Assembly (NCBI GenBank): GCA_040285855.1
Contig: JAUFOQ010000017.1
Coordinates: forward strand, 1,302,001-1,366,000
Source of the DNA: Eukaryota sp. GEM-RC1
Taxonomy: Eukaryota
Length of the DNA stretch: 64,000 bases
Direction of reading: 5' to 3'
A program made the position numbers and the translations under genes. Within the stretch, counting starts at the first letter, position 1; every line of letters begins with the position of its first letter. The notes below the pieces were generated by a model, which saw only the letters and a program-made list of their open reading frames with translations, searched no databases and had not been told where the DNA came from. This document shows, in pieces, positions 12,906 through 24,598 of the stretch.

Positions 12906-13799
12906 ATGAACGACTCCGAACCTCCTTCTTGTTCTTTTTGTAAGACTCATTCGATCTCTACAAAACGCCTTACTGTACAAAAACCTGAACCACACGAAAT
13001 TGTTTATCGTCGCTTTGAAAATCATACAAACAATGATGCCACTCCCATCATATGCGTCCCTGGTCTCACTCGTACAGTTCATGACTTTGACTTCATTGCG
13101 CAATCCTTGTCCTATACAAATACGGTGTACAGTCTTGAAATGCCAGGGCGTGGCTCTTCCACGTACTTCTCAGATGCTTCACACTATACCTATCCAACGT
13201 ACATAAACGATTGCCAATCTTTCATCTCCTTCCTGAACTTCTCTTCAGTTTGGTGGCTCGGAACTAGTATGGGGGGCGTCATTGGCATGTTCCTGAGCTC
13301 CCTCCCTAACTCTCCCATCACCAAACTTGTTCTCAACGACATCGGCTACTTCGTTCCATATTCCGCCCTACAGCAGATCAGCCAGTACATCAAACATATT
13401 GGTCCCTTCCCCTCCTTTGAAGATGGAGTTGAATACCTCAAGAATGTATACGCTCAATTCGGCAATCTCTCCTACGAACAATGGCGCCATTTCGCTGAGG
13501 GTTCATTGAAAAAGGTTGATGACCAGTATTTCCTCCACTATGACACCAAGATAGTTGATGCTTTCAACGCCGCTGTCGAGAATGGGCAGAACATTGACTT
13601 GTCATCAGTATGGGAGCTAGTTGAGATTCCAGTGTTACTCTTAAGAGGTAAGGATTCTTCAGTGTTGTTGAAGGACGTGGCGGACAAGATGGGTGAGAAA
13701 TCTAATTGTGAAGTTGTTGAGTTTGATGGATGTGGACATTGTCCAAGTTTAATGGATGAGCGACATATTGAGATTGTTAAGAATTTCTTGTTTCAGTAG
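12906..13799 (+). CDS. Alpha/beta-fold hydrolase (bacterial-like)
   Basis: 297 aa; PGLTR oxyanion region, GRGSS, nucleophile GTSMGG, LVLNDIG, LLLRGKDS, C-terminal GCGHCP catalytic His. Confidence 0.9.
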   Translation: MNDSEPPSCSFCKTHSISTKRLTVQKPEPHEIVYRRFENHTNNDATPIICVPGLTRTVHDFDFIAQSLSYTNTVYSLEMPGRGSSTYFSDASHYTYPTYINDCQSFISFLNFSSVWWLGTSMGGVIGMFLSSLPNSPITKLVLNDIGYFVPYSALQQISQYIKHIGPFPSFEDGVEYLKNVYAQFGNLSYEQWRHFAEGSLKKVDDQYFLHYDTKIVDAFNAAVENGQNIDLSSVWELVEIPVLLLRGKDSSVLLKDVADKMGEKSNCEVVEFDGCGHCPSLMDERHIEIVKNFLFQ

Positions 13800-13864
13800 A
13801 AGTTTTTTCTATAGAATTTGTTAGTTAGTTATACAAAACGCTGATAATTTTTTTTCCTTGTTCA

Positions 13865-15735
13865 CTTTTTATGGAACAAAAACACTAAAATAGACACAAA
13901 TACTAGAACTCAATATCATAAAAGCAACAATCATTGCCATTAAAACTCACATCAGCTTTTTCTTCATAAAATATACTGAAGCTAATAGAGCTTTCGAAAT
14001 CATGATAGGAATTGTTTTAAATATTGTAAAACAAATATGATTCAACCAAAATTTGAAATCAAATTTCTTGTTCATTCTTTTTGACCACTTTCTCAAAATC
14101 AGAGAGAAAACAAAGAGCATCTCTACCAAGTCGACCATAAATTGAAATTGCAAAAGAACATAATTTGTACTCAACATGTCTAATATGTTTGAGAGCAGTC
14201 AGTGGTTCATCATATTTGTTTCTCTTGTACTGTTCTGAAGAATTCAGTGGAGAAACTTCATTTTTAGCATCCTTGAATGCACTTTTTTGCAAACATCCAC
14301 AGTAATCACATCAACAACGGTTAGTTCATCATTAACTGATGGAACTATAACATCAGCTCTTCGTTTACCAAAAGTCTTATCAGAATAACTATTTTTTGAA
14401 TTATTGATTTCCAGTGATCTCAACAGTGGCTCAACGAAAGATTCGATTTTGTAGGACTTACACATTGCATGAATTTGATCTCTAACAGCATCATGAATAC
14501 AAGTTCTATAAGTAATGAAACGATTGCAACTCAAAAGGCGAGAAAAAGTAACTAATTTACCACATTTACATTGAAGATCATTGGGTAAATTAGAGGGCCA
14601 CAAGAAACATCGAAGTCTGAATGTTGTAGTCCATTGATGATCATTCAACAACAAACCATAGATCTGAGGAATTTGGTTAATCAAAGCAACTGAAGAACTG
14701 TCCTTTAAATCGATTAAAAATTTGCAAAAGCTGGATTTTTTTCTTTGGCCGAGCCAAGTCGAATTTTAAAATCCAGACATTCAAAATGTTTTAAAAGGTG
14801 TTTTTGGAGTTTCTTAAGAGCAAATTTTAACGAGGTGACACATCGTTCTGGTATTTCACAAATATCTGCTGGAAACAAGTTTGCCAGAGGTCAGGTGAAA
14901 TTAGTGACAATTCTGATCTCAAATTTACCAAGAAAAAACTACTTGTCGAAACAAGAAGATTTTCTTGACTTGGGTACCGTCTACAGAAGTCAAAGACAAA
15001 ATTCTTACCACCACCAATGAAAGCAGATTTGGTCCACCATTTAGACGAAGTAAAACCAATACCACCAAGATGAGGATCTGAGAAGATGTGATTGTTCAAA
15101 GCAGCAGGATCCACTGATAACAAAAATGCAAGAAAGTCAGTACGAATTTTGTTAAAGCTTCTACAGAAGTTATAAATAAGGACAGGGGGGAGAGATCGAA
15201 GCAGATGGGTAACTTTTCCTGAATAACAAATTTTTAGCATAAAGAATTTGAGATGTTTTTCCAATTGTAGTTCCTTAATTTGATCTAATTCTTTTCGCAT
15301 TGAATCCAAATATACATTCAGATCTTTAACAATGTTGTCATGTGAACCAAGATAACAACCTAGAAATCTAAAGCTTGAAGATAAATAGTTCACAAAGGGA
15401 ACCTCTAAAGAATTAACAATTAAAGTTACAGGTACCTTGGCAATCAAAAAACATTTTTGCACATTTAATTGAAGTCCAATAGCATCGTACAAATCAGCAG
15501 CCTGATTCGCAATAATACGAAGAGTTGACATAGGAGCAATAAAAGAAATGTCATCCATATAAGCTACGATTTCTAAGTCGGCATGTTCTTCTTTGAGTTT
15601 TTTCAGGATTGGATGAATAGCCAAACAAAAAAAGAAGGGACCAAGAGGATCTCCTTGTTTAACACCAGAAACAGAATTAAGAACAAATGAATTAAAAACT
15701 AAGTCATAAGAGTGACCATAAAAACAATGAAAAAC
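13865..15735 (-). mobile_element. 5'-truncated RLE-type (CRE-like) non-LTR retrotransposon: RT, zinc knuckle and RLE, frameshifted
   Basis: GVKQGDPLGPFFF and AYMDDI RT motifs, FLGCYLG, LGGIGF thumb, CxC..SC..HDAVRD, RRADVIVP..DVITVD..KRNKY. Confidence 0.92.
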
Positions 15736-16433
15736 GCTGATAATTAGTATGATTAAGCATGTTCAAAAAATCGATTTAGCGACTGAATCGTTTTTGGTCA
15801 AACTGTATAGGTTTTGTCCCAAATCCTTTAAAGATAGCAAACACAATTGATTTTTTCTACAATCTAAGACCAAAAGTCCTAACTGTTTACAGATTGGCCA
15901 CACTGACATTTCAAATTGTGACGAAAATTTTCAGGCAAAATTTATGAACGCAAACGACTGTGATTTAATGGCCAAGTGAAAATAAACAGCACACTTGAGA
16001 GAGTTGAGTAATCAAACATGAATCAGAATCAGAGCTGTTAGATCCATCAAACTAGAAATTTGCAGCAGTCCAACGTAATGATCCCTTCTTTCGAAAATAC
16101 TTGTTAGTTTCCCTTTGTATTTGTTCAGATAGAGTTGAAGATTAGTTAAATCATCGTTTTGGACACATGCTCTGGGGAACATTGCGACCAAACGTAACAA
16201 ATATAATTTGTTCAATGGTTGGTTTAAGTCAAAAGACCTGCGCACGAATAAAGTCCATCACTATGGAGTTGTACTGTTGTAGTAATACCCGACTATTTTG
16301 CATATTTTACAATGTTTTTCATAGTTGTTTGCCCATCGTTATTCAGTCATGAGATTCATGTTCCAACATCGTATTTATACCCTATCCGATAATATTTACA
16401 AATAAAACATGAATTGAGCGTGAAGAGGGAGAG

Positions 16434-16967
16434 TTAGTGATCATTAGCTTCATCAGCTATCAGCTTCTTGTGGTCTTCCTCGAAAGCAGCCTTTTTCTCA
16501 GGCGATAAGTCGTCAGGTTCACCAAAAAGTTCACGCATTTGCTCCACACTCATTGGTCTAAGGTAATCTGCGAATTTCTTGGCACAAGTGTCCTGCATGT
16601 CTTCCATTCCGAGATAATGGGCTGCCTTTAATAGATCAGCTAGTTCATGGATGTCAACGTCGACAAAATCATCTTTGAATTGCTCCTTGACAGCCATGGG
16701 AATAAACACATCATTTTTCTCCTTTTTTTTGATATCTTGGGACCATTCCATCCATTCGATTGACTTCTTGAGATGTGAACCAGCAACTTCGGGCAAAGAG
16801 ATGGTTTCATTGGGACTGGCAGCGGTAAGACGCTTGATGGTTTCTGATTCCTCCGCGATTTGCCAAGAGATGTTAAATTCCATGTCATCGTTACTGATAA
16901 CCATGAATTCTACTACTACTGGTTGTTGCTCTTCAAAGACTGGCACTTCAGGAACTTCTTCAGACAT
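16434..16967 (-). CDS. Skp1-family protein
   Basis: ISNDDMEF..AEESETIK..ISLPEV..LKKSIEW..LLKAAHYLGM..MSVEQMRELFGEPDDLSPE. Start placed at MSEEV; the ORF track extends to 17012. Confidence 0.88.
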   Translation of the reverse strand: MSEEVPEVPVFEEQQPVVVEFMVISNDDMEFNISWQIAEESETIKRLTAASPNETISLPEVAGSHLKKSIEWMEWSQDIKKKEKNDVFIPMAVKEQFKDDFVDVDIHELADLLKAAHYLGMEDMQDTCAKKFADYLRPMSVEQMRELFGEPDDLSPEKKAAFEEDHKKLIADEANDH

Positions 16968-17776
16968 GTTCGATGTGTGATGAAAGTTTAAATTTATTAG
17001 CTTCATGCACATATGCAGTTCTTTCTTTTAGGACACTGCTAGATCTCTCGTTAACGCTAACTCTAATTCCCATTTCTTAAAGTCTTAGACGGCAATAACT
17101 TCCAAGTTGATGTCCAACAAGGTGGTAAATTTGCCACCCATGGTGTGTACTTCTCTTTGATTGTGCCAAATATCTTCCATCTGCACAAGACCCAGTTATT
17201 GGTTATATTGTTGCTCATCCTGAAAGTTTTAAAGTAGGGACATCAGAATTTGCTGCTTTTCCCTTCTTCGGATCCGAAAGCCACACAAAGAATAACTGAC
17301 CTGGTATTCCCATCAATTCTCCCATGTGATCGTGTGACTTTAGCTGAAAAACACGTGGAGCCGGAACCGTATGTCTTCTGATGGTAAATGAACGGGATTT
17401 GGTCATCTTCATCTTGGGTCAATGTCAGAACTCATTGGAACATGATTTTGGTTGAGGTGGCTTAGGCTGTCTATGGGGTACTTTGGATCAAAGCTGATGA
17501 ATGTGAGCATCAGGGTTTTTGTGCAATATTTTAAAATTTGAAATCAAAGAAGTTGTATAATAGTAAACATCCCCAAGATGTTTTGAAGTGATACAAGCCA
17601 ATGACAATGAGGACGTCGAAAGATATTTTCATTAGATAAATACACATATATATTTGACAGACCGTTAAAGGCACATGTTTGCTAAATAAACAACTTCACT
17701 GATACACTGATATTAGTGACTATCTGATAAGTATTGAAGTTATTGCAATCAATAAGAAAATACAGCTAACCATTTA

Positions 17777-18405
17777 TCGTAGGTGTCCCAATACAAACAA
17801 CTTTATATCTTATTCAAGCAGACACATTTGCTTGCTTGTATTGGGACCTTGCTTGTATTGGGACCCTAGTGTACGATAAAGTGACTATACCTTTGTTTTC
17901 AATATATTACAGGACCACACCCTATTTTGTATTTGTAATGTCAAATGCACATTGTATTGTCACGATTGCAAGATCTTACCAGTTGATTATAACAATACAT
18001 AAATGTGCCACAACGTTTAATAACAGTATTTTAATTTGTTCTACAAATACACAACACTTGTCTGTATAGGAGCAAAGTTCTATTGACAGTGATTCTATTG
18101 CCTATAATTTCATAAATTGAATTTCGATATGCCCTTTTGTCCTTCTGATTTTTAAAATCTCAAACAATACAATAGCACCATCGAGTTCTTCGGGCAAAAA
18201 TACGCAACAATAGTAGGCACCCAAGTGGACACTATGAAGTTCGTCCATAGCTCCATGTGTTGTAAATTCGTTTTAAAACACTTTGTATTGAAGTATAACT
18301 TGGCCAACATCCAGTGTATAGAGAATAATACAAACAAACACTTTTACTTGCTTGTATTGGGGCCTTGTTTGTATTGGAACCTTGCTTGTATTGGGACAAC
18401 TACGA
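17777..18405. mobile_element. Tc1/mariner-type MITE
   Basis: TIRs tcgtaggtgtcccaatacaaaca / tgcttgtattgggacaactacga (2 mismatches), each flanked by TA; internal cttgtattgg(g)acc repeats near both ends. Confidence 0.75.
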
Positions 18406-19571
18406 TATTCTACTGTATTAATTCTTTAAAGCAACTCAAATGATCCCTTTGGATCATTAAATTTGCCTTCATTCTGGTAAGTCATCGTGAGGACCAAACA
18501 AATTCTCAAACTCTGGATTAACAGAAGTGAATAGTTGATTAATTGAATCTAAACTTAGTTTTTTGGTGATGACGAATCCTGAATCTTCAATCAATATTTA
18601 ATTTCAATTTACGGCTGAACAACTTTATCACAACAACTGACAAAATCGATACTACACCAGTATTTTTTGACTGCAGTACTCAAAAGATATTAAATGATCT
18701 ACAATTACTCTTGAATCACTCACAATTGGTCTACCAGAACTATCTCATCTTCTAGTTTACGATTCAAATACTTTCGAAAATTATATAACAGTACAATGAA
18801 AAAAATTGCACGTTGAAGAGTATCATTAAAATTGTACATTGATCACGTCATACTGGTCAAAATTCATACATGAACAATTATGATCACACATCACAATTGT
18901 GATCACAATAATTCGACCATTTCTACACTTTGTGATCACAGTGTGATTTGTGAAGTACAACTATGGTTGAAAGTAATCCGTGAGGATCGAGTGAAAGCAC
19001 TTCATCAGCACTTGTTTTATGTTGATTTGGGATTGTTCTTGAGGAAAAGAATGAAGTCGTCAAGAGAGGAGGATTTAGAGATGATTTGTTTGGGAGGGAG
19101 AGATTGTGATGATTGGTTGAGTGAATGAGAGGGATTGATAGCAGGGATTTTGCGTGGGGGTATAGCAGAAGAGCTTTTCATCTAGAATGAGAAAAAAACG
19201 AAAGAGCATACGGAAGATAAGCGACCATAACGTGTAGAAGATGCTAGAGAACGACCAACAGTAGAAGAAGACTGAAATTGTAAGCGCTGAATCAAGTCAG
19301 ATTCAGATGATTCAGACGCCATATATATAGTAGTTTAAGAACGGACAATTTGGGGATGAAGATTTTTTCATAAAGTGAATTCTTTTGATGCATTGAGTTC
19401 TGATATGGAAGTTGTCAGTTCAGGCGTTCCTTTGTTCTACCTTTGTTGCATGGTTTGTTTACTCACTTTTTGTCATTCAAACACGATCACGTGTTTAAGG
19501 ATATAATATCATAATCATATATATAATTTTATATACTCAGCTATACATGTACTTAAAATTAAATAAAGTAA

Positions 19572-20171
19572 TTAAAGTTTATAATTCCTACGTTTTTTCT
19601 TTACTTGGCTGGCCTTTTTCCCCAATTTTCTTTGGGGCTCTGGCAGTTTCATCTGCTGTTTTTGCCTCCGTTGGAAAATTTGTGTTCTCAACCAAGCAGC
19701 CACCGCATCTGGATTATCAAGCGGATCCAGTTCTGGCGGCATGTTCAGCAACTTCAATTTTGCATCACATTTTTTTACAAGATCATAATAATCCATGATT
19801 GCAAACACCTCAGCTTTGTTGTCAATGGGGTGAAGTTCTGGTGGGATGAGATCACGATGGTCATCAAGGGGATTAGAAATCTCACTAGCTAGACGGTCAT
19901 GTTCACGTTGCAGAACATTGGCTCGAATTCTGAGTGATGATAACTGAGAGTGTACATTGCGAGCTACTTCTCCAAGTTCTTGGTATTCCAAGCCTAATTG
20001 AATTGCTTTAACAGCGTCCTGCTGCAGAGGCCAAGTGACTTTATTGATTTGGTTTAGAAGTTGAAGGAATTCAGGAGAAGATGAATCCGGAAGATTTCCT
20101 GATGGATCGCTCACATTAGAAAGAAGTTCTATAAGTTTGTCGTATTCAGATTCTAAGGACTCGAATGACAT
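19572..20171 (-). CDS. Hypothetical coiled-coil protein (weak resemblance to THOC5 N-terminus)
   Basis: 199-aa ATG-initiated ORF with host-like composition and a basic C-terminus. The family assignment is weak. Confidence 0.6.
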   Translation of the reverse strand: MSFESLESEYDKLIELLSNVSDPSGNLPDSSSPEFLQLLNQINKVTWPLQQDAVKAIQLGLEYQELGEVARNVHSQLSSLRIRANVLQREHDRLASEISNPLDDHRDLIPPELHPIDNKAEVFAIMDYYDLVKKCDAKLKLLNMPPELDPLDNPDAVAAWLRTQIFQRRQKQQMKLPEPQRKLGKKASQVKKKRRNYKL

Positions 20172-20248
20172 TAAAGAAGTGGGTGATTAAGAACTCAAAA
20201 TAAGTGTTTCCACACTCTATATGGAACTCTATAGGTTAGAAGAGCTCC

Positions 20249-20825
20249 CTTTCACCTTTCTATCCCCCAATAGCCATAAGGCTATTAAGAGCATACAAAC
20301 AGGATTGAGTTACTCGCTGTATGTTCTTTTGTCTTTTCTTCCTCTTTCTTTCACCTTTCTATCCCCCAATAGCCATAAGGCTATTAAGAGCATACAAACA
20401 GGATTGAGTTACTCGCTGTATGTTCTTTTGTCTTTTCTTCCTCTTTCTTTCACCTTTCTATCCCCCAATAGCCATAAGGCTATTAAGAGCATACAAACAG
20501 GATTGAGTTACTCGCTGTATGTTCTTTTGTCTTTTCTTCCTCTTTCTTTCACCTTTCTATCCCCCAATAGCCATAAGGCTATTAAGAGCATACAAACAGG
20601 ATTGAGTTACTCGCTGTATGTTCTTTTGTCTTTTCTTCCTCTTTCTTTCACCTTTCTATCCCCCAATAGCCATAAGGCTATTAAGAGCGTACAAACAGGA
20701 TTGAGTTACTCGCTGTATGTTCTTTTGTCTTTTCTTCCTCTTTCTTTCACCTTTCTATCCCCCAATAGCCATAAGGCTATTAAGAGCATACAAACAGGAT
20801 TGAGTTACTCGCTGTATGTTCTTTT
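20249..20825 (+). repeat. 99-bp tandem array (~5.8 copies) of a structured RNA-like motif
   Basis: Units start at 20249, 20348, 20447, 20546, 20645 and 20744. Each has a pyrimidine tract, hairpin aatagcc-ataa-ggctatt, and stem aagagcataca/tgtatgttctt enclosing aacaggattgagttactcgc. Confidence 0.95.
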
Positions 20826-20832
20826 CAAGATT

Positions 20833-20874
20833 GATCTTACGCTTTGTGGAGACATTGAATCTAATCGAGGTCCA
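20833..20874 (+). other. 2A (StopGo) peptide, degenerate
   Basis: DLTLCGDIESNRGP; one substitution (CCA>CGA) away from the D(V/I)ExNPGP consensus. Confidence 0.8.
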
Positions 20875-23756
20875 CGGAACAAGACAAAAAGAAGAATCCG
20901 ACCCAACCAGAAAGCGGGATACCATGCATTTGTATCCATCGACAAGGAAGAACCATACTATTGGATCAAGTATGATGAACCGTTACACTTCCAGTCTCAA
21001 TGGCTTGGGATTTTACAAACTACCACAGCCAGATGTAACACCCATGAAGAAGCTGTACAGTTTGCAAAACAAACTATCAAGACAATGACTGAACACGATC
21101 CTGAAGATCCTGAATTAGAAAGATCCCCACCAGACGACCAGCTGTCTCTGAGTAATTGCTACACTGTTCTCGCCACTGGTATTGATCCTCTTCCCAAATC
21201 AGATAGGTTCATTCAAAGACAGGTTGTTCCATTTTGGTCTGAAGATGAAGAGCAACAATTTTCTTCGTCAACTCAAAAAGAACTACTATTTTTGTTTAAT
21301 TTGAAAGATAAAGTCGAGCCTAATACTTCATCGTTTCTTTTTGGTAAGAAATTTTTCAGAAAAAAACCTCAGACGACAAATCAAACGTCCCAGATCCAAC
21401 GACCTAGAAAAACTCCGGTCAGTAGTCTTTTGTACCACTAATGTTCATGTGGTGGAGTTCCAAAAAACAAGCAATCGAAGATACAGAATCAGCTGAAGAC
21501 AAAGAAATAGCTCAAGATGATTCTAGATTCAAGAATGCCAGATGAAATGAAAATTAATTTCAGAGCAAATTTGAATTTACAAACCAAATATTCGGCTGAC
21601 TGGATTGATTTAATTCTGGACGAAGTAACATCTTCATGCTGTCTCGGATTCAAAAATTTCAGCAAACAAGATCTCTTGATGGTTTATTCTTTACAACAAT
21701 CAGTCGAACAAGAAGTGGGATTTGTGACCAATATTCGAATATTATTAGCTGATAGAACGAAGAATCCCACCAGTAGGCCAAATATTAATGGTTGTAAAAC
21801 ATATTTGAATAGAGGTATTTCTAAGGATCTACCAATGTGTGAAGTCAAAGTTCATCAGGCTTTTCAAGAATTTTTGTCTTATGTTCGACAATGTGAGCAT
21901 GTTGGTGAATCAGATATTTTTATGATTGGATCTCTGGCTGACGTGATGGCTGCAAGTCTCAATGTTCATTTTGCAATAGTCAGTAAATATCATCGACTAT
22001 CAAAGACAACTCCCTGGTCAAAGATGTCTGTAATTACCCAAGACCCTATTTGCCCACTTACTGTACTGTTTGCAGTCAAAATCAGTTCTGGTAGTCACTT
22101 TTTGCGCCAAATTTCTGCCATGGTGGATTTAGAAATTCCTTTACGTGTTCAATACCAATTAGGAATTATTCCTAGAGCACCACAACTACCAAGTTGTTTA
22201 AGTTTTAAAACTGATTCAGAACTCTGTCAAAATTTAAATGACTCTCAAAAAAAGACAATTGAAGAAATTGGAAAATTGCATGTAACCTCACCTGGTCTAT
22301 ATGTCATTCATGGAGCACCTGGTACAGGGAAAACAACGACAATTGTCAAATTGATTATGTCTTTTTGTCTAACAAATGCAAGGTTTGGGTAGCTGCTCCA
22401 TCGAATAATGCAGTTGACGTAATATTAGCCAAGCTAGTTGATGAACAGTCAGTTGATGAACAAAAATTGATGCGAATAAGTTCTCAATTACATCCTTTAC
22501 CAGAAGTTCAACCGTTCTTGTTAAGTACAAAGTTAGAACAAAAACAAGCAAAAGAAGAAGCGAAAAAACAAGATGAACAAGATGCTCAAGATTTATTAGA
22601 TCAACAAGCTGTCAGACTTCCTCCACTTAAACAACCAAGAAGGAATATTAAACATGGTCAGCCACATACCACTACACCTGCTGCTCAAGATGAGGAAGAA
22701 GAAAAGGATGATCTTTCGTGGATTTCTGAAGAATATGATGTTCTCTTCACAACATTAGCAGGAGCGAGCAGTTACAGAAATCAAGGTATTTTTAAACCGC
22801 AACTATTAATTATTGATGAGGCCTGCCAGTCAACTGAGCCTGAACTAGTGGCTCCATTACGAATTTGTAATGAATTTACATCCATTGTAATTGTTGGAGA
22901 TCACAAACAATTACCCCCTGTAGTATTCAGTCAAAACTCAGGGTTGTCCAAGTCTTTGATGGAAAGATTGATTGATCAATCTGATTTGACACATCACTTT
23001 GATAGAGAACGCTACACACTACTGAATCCACAATATCGTCAATTCTCAGAATTGTGGGCATTTTCTAATTCAATGTTTTACAGTGATCAAATTGACATTG
23101 TCGAACCAATCACTGGTGAACAATTGACATGTGCCTAAAGACATTTTGTAAATACATGGGGGTCAATTCAAGATTATTCTGAAGAATTGGCAGGTAGTTT
23201 ATTCAACAAACACGAAGCCATTGCTGTTATTAAAGGAGTTTGTGATTTTTTGAAGGATCACAAAGATGCATTGGAAAAAGTTCTCAAGCGTTCATTTAGT
23301 GTGGCAGTGTTGACACCTTACATGGCACAGGTTGATCAACTCAGACAATTGTTTGACTCTATTGAACCACCTTTAGACAATGTACAAATATCAACAACTG
23401 ACGCATTTCAGGGAAAAGAAGTAGATTTTGTATTTGTCAGTACAGTGAGATCCTATCAAGAAGGCAACATTACTCAAAGTCTAGGTTTTTTGACAGATGA
23501 GCGAAGAATGAATGTTATGCTGACAAGAAGCAGGTTTAGTAATTTTATATATGGGCATGAAAAACTTTTACGAACAAATCTGCTTTGGGAGAGTTTAGTG
23601 GATTACTATTCAGCTTCTACTAACGATTACGAATCTGAATTAGACCAAATTCAACGTCGTCGGCAGACTGCACATGCATCTCAAGTATCAGATGAGATTG
23701 TTGATGTCAATGCTGAAGGTTTAGGGAAGTGTTCCCCAAATTTGGGGAAAATGTAG
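20872..23756 (+). pseudogene. Frameshifted Upf1/DNA2/NAM7-like SF1 helicase (~950 aa reconstructed); possible N-terminal RNase H1-N/Cauli_VI-like domain
   Basis: LNDSQ (Q motif), GAPGTGKT, AAPSNNAVD, IIDEACQ, VGDHKQLPP, SLMERL, QYR, LTPYMAQV, TDAFQGKE, RRMNVMLTRSR across ORFs 21517-22392, 22365-23138 and 23187-23756. YHAFV...CNTHEEAVQF follows the 2A. Confidence 0.88.
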
Positions 23757-23896
23757 CAGATCAGTACAAGTGTAGTTCTTGTTGTGTTTTAATTTTTTGT
23801 TTTATAAATGGATTTAATCTTTGTATTGTTTGTTTGTTTTTGCACTTTCATCGTTTTTTTTCAATGACCTGTACCCTAGATCAAGATTTTAGTGAG

Positions 23897-23973
23897 TGTC
23901 ATTACAAATGTTGTATCTACAAATATTGTCATTACAAATGTTGTATCTACAAATATTGTCATTACAAATGTTG
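23897..23973 (+). repeat. 30-bp tandem repeat (~2.5 copies)
   Basis: tgtcattacaaatgttgtatctacaaatat at 23897 and 23927, partial copy at 23957. Confidence 0.9.
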
Positions 23974-24309
23974 AACAAAATCAACATCTATGTTTTGAAA
24001 ATGTAGCAGTAGTTCTTATGTTTTGTTTTATTTATATGAATGTCATTGCGGTGCTCAACAAAAGTAAATGTAAAGATTTTCAACTATAACTCAGTTCAAA
24101 TGAGAAGAGTTTTGACAGAGTGCATATGATGGTGGAGTTAGCTGTAGTGGTTCGTAACACTGGGAAGAAGCTAAATAAACACAGTGAAAGATCACGATTG
24201 AAAGGATCTTCACCTTTTAAGATCATAGGGAGGTGTGCTCATGAAGAGAAGACCAGTACAACATATGATGAAGATGCCATAATGTCAAGTTGTCAGTGTC
24301 AACATCAGC

Positions 24310-24317
24310 TATAAATA
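24310..24317 (+). promoter_or_regulatory. Candidate TATA box for the Fanzor-polyprotein unit
   Basis: tataaata about 50 nt upstream of the first structured motif copy; weak evidence in AT-rich DNA. Confidence 0.3.
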
Positions 24318-24361
24318 GTGGAAATCTTTTTGACCTGTATCATTTTTGTTCCCTTTGTCGC

Positions 24362-24505
24362 TTCCAAACACTGCAAAGTGTTTCGGGTGATAGTAACAGG
24401 ATTAAGTTACTCGCACTATCACCTTTTTCTTCTTATTTGATGCTTTCCAAACACCACAAGGTGTTTCGGGTGATAGTAACAGGATTAAGTTACTCGCACT
24501 ATCAC
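24362..24505 (+). promoter_or_regulatory. Two tandem copies (83-bp period) of the structured RNA-like motif
   Basis: Hairpins aaacact-gcaa-agtgttt and aaacacc-acaa-ggtgttt; stem gtgatagt/actatcac enclosing aacaggattaagttactcgc. Confidence 0.75.
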
Positions 24506-24556
24506 TCGTCATTTCTCAATAGTCATTTGAACCAACCGTCATCACAGTTTGTTCGT

Positions 24557-24598
24557 GATTTAACCACGGATGGAGACATAGAGTCAAACCCTGGTCCT
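24557..24598 (+). other. 2A (StopGo) peptide, intact consensus
   Basis: DLTTDGDIESNPGP matches D(V/I)ExNPG/P. Confidence 0.93.

Noticed and set aside
18880..18945. gtgatcac-rich patch as a regulatory palindrome cluster
   Set aside because: It resembles the subterminal repeats of the hAT family at 54987-56138 and is probably a relic.
20249..20825. CRISPR array or Fanzor guide array
   Set aside because: The units are essentially identical end to end with no variable spacers, so this is a tandem amplification.
20221..20832. 33-aa repeat (FTFLSPNSHKAIK...) as a functional membrane protein domain
   Set aside because: The related motif at 24.4 kb has a non-triplet period and conserves base-pairing rather than the full peptide; the open frame is likely incidental or a 2A leader.
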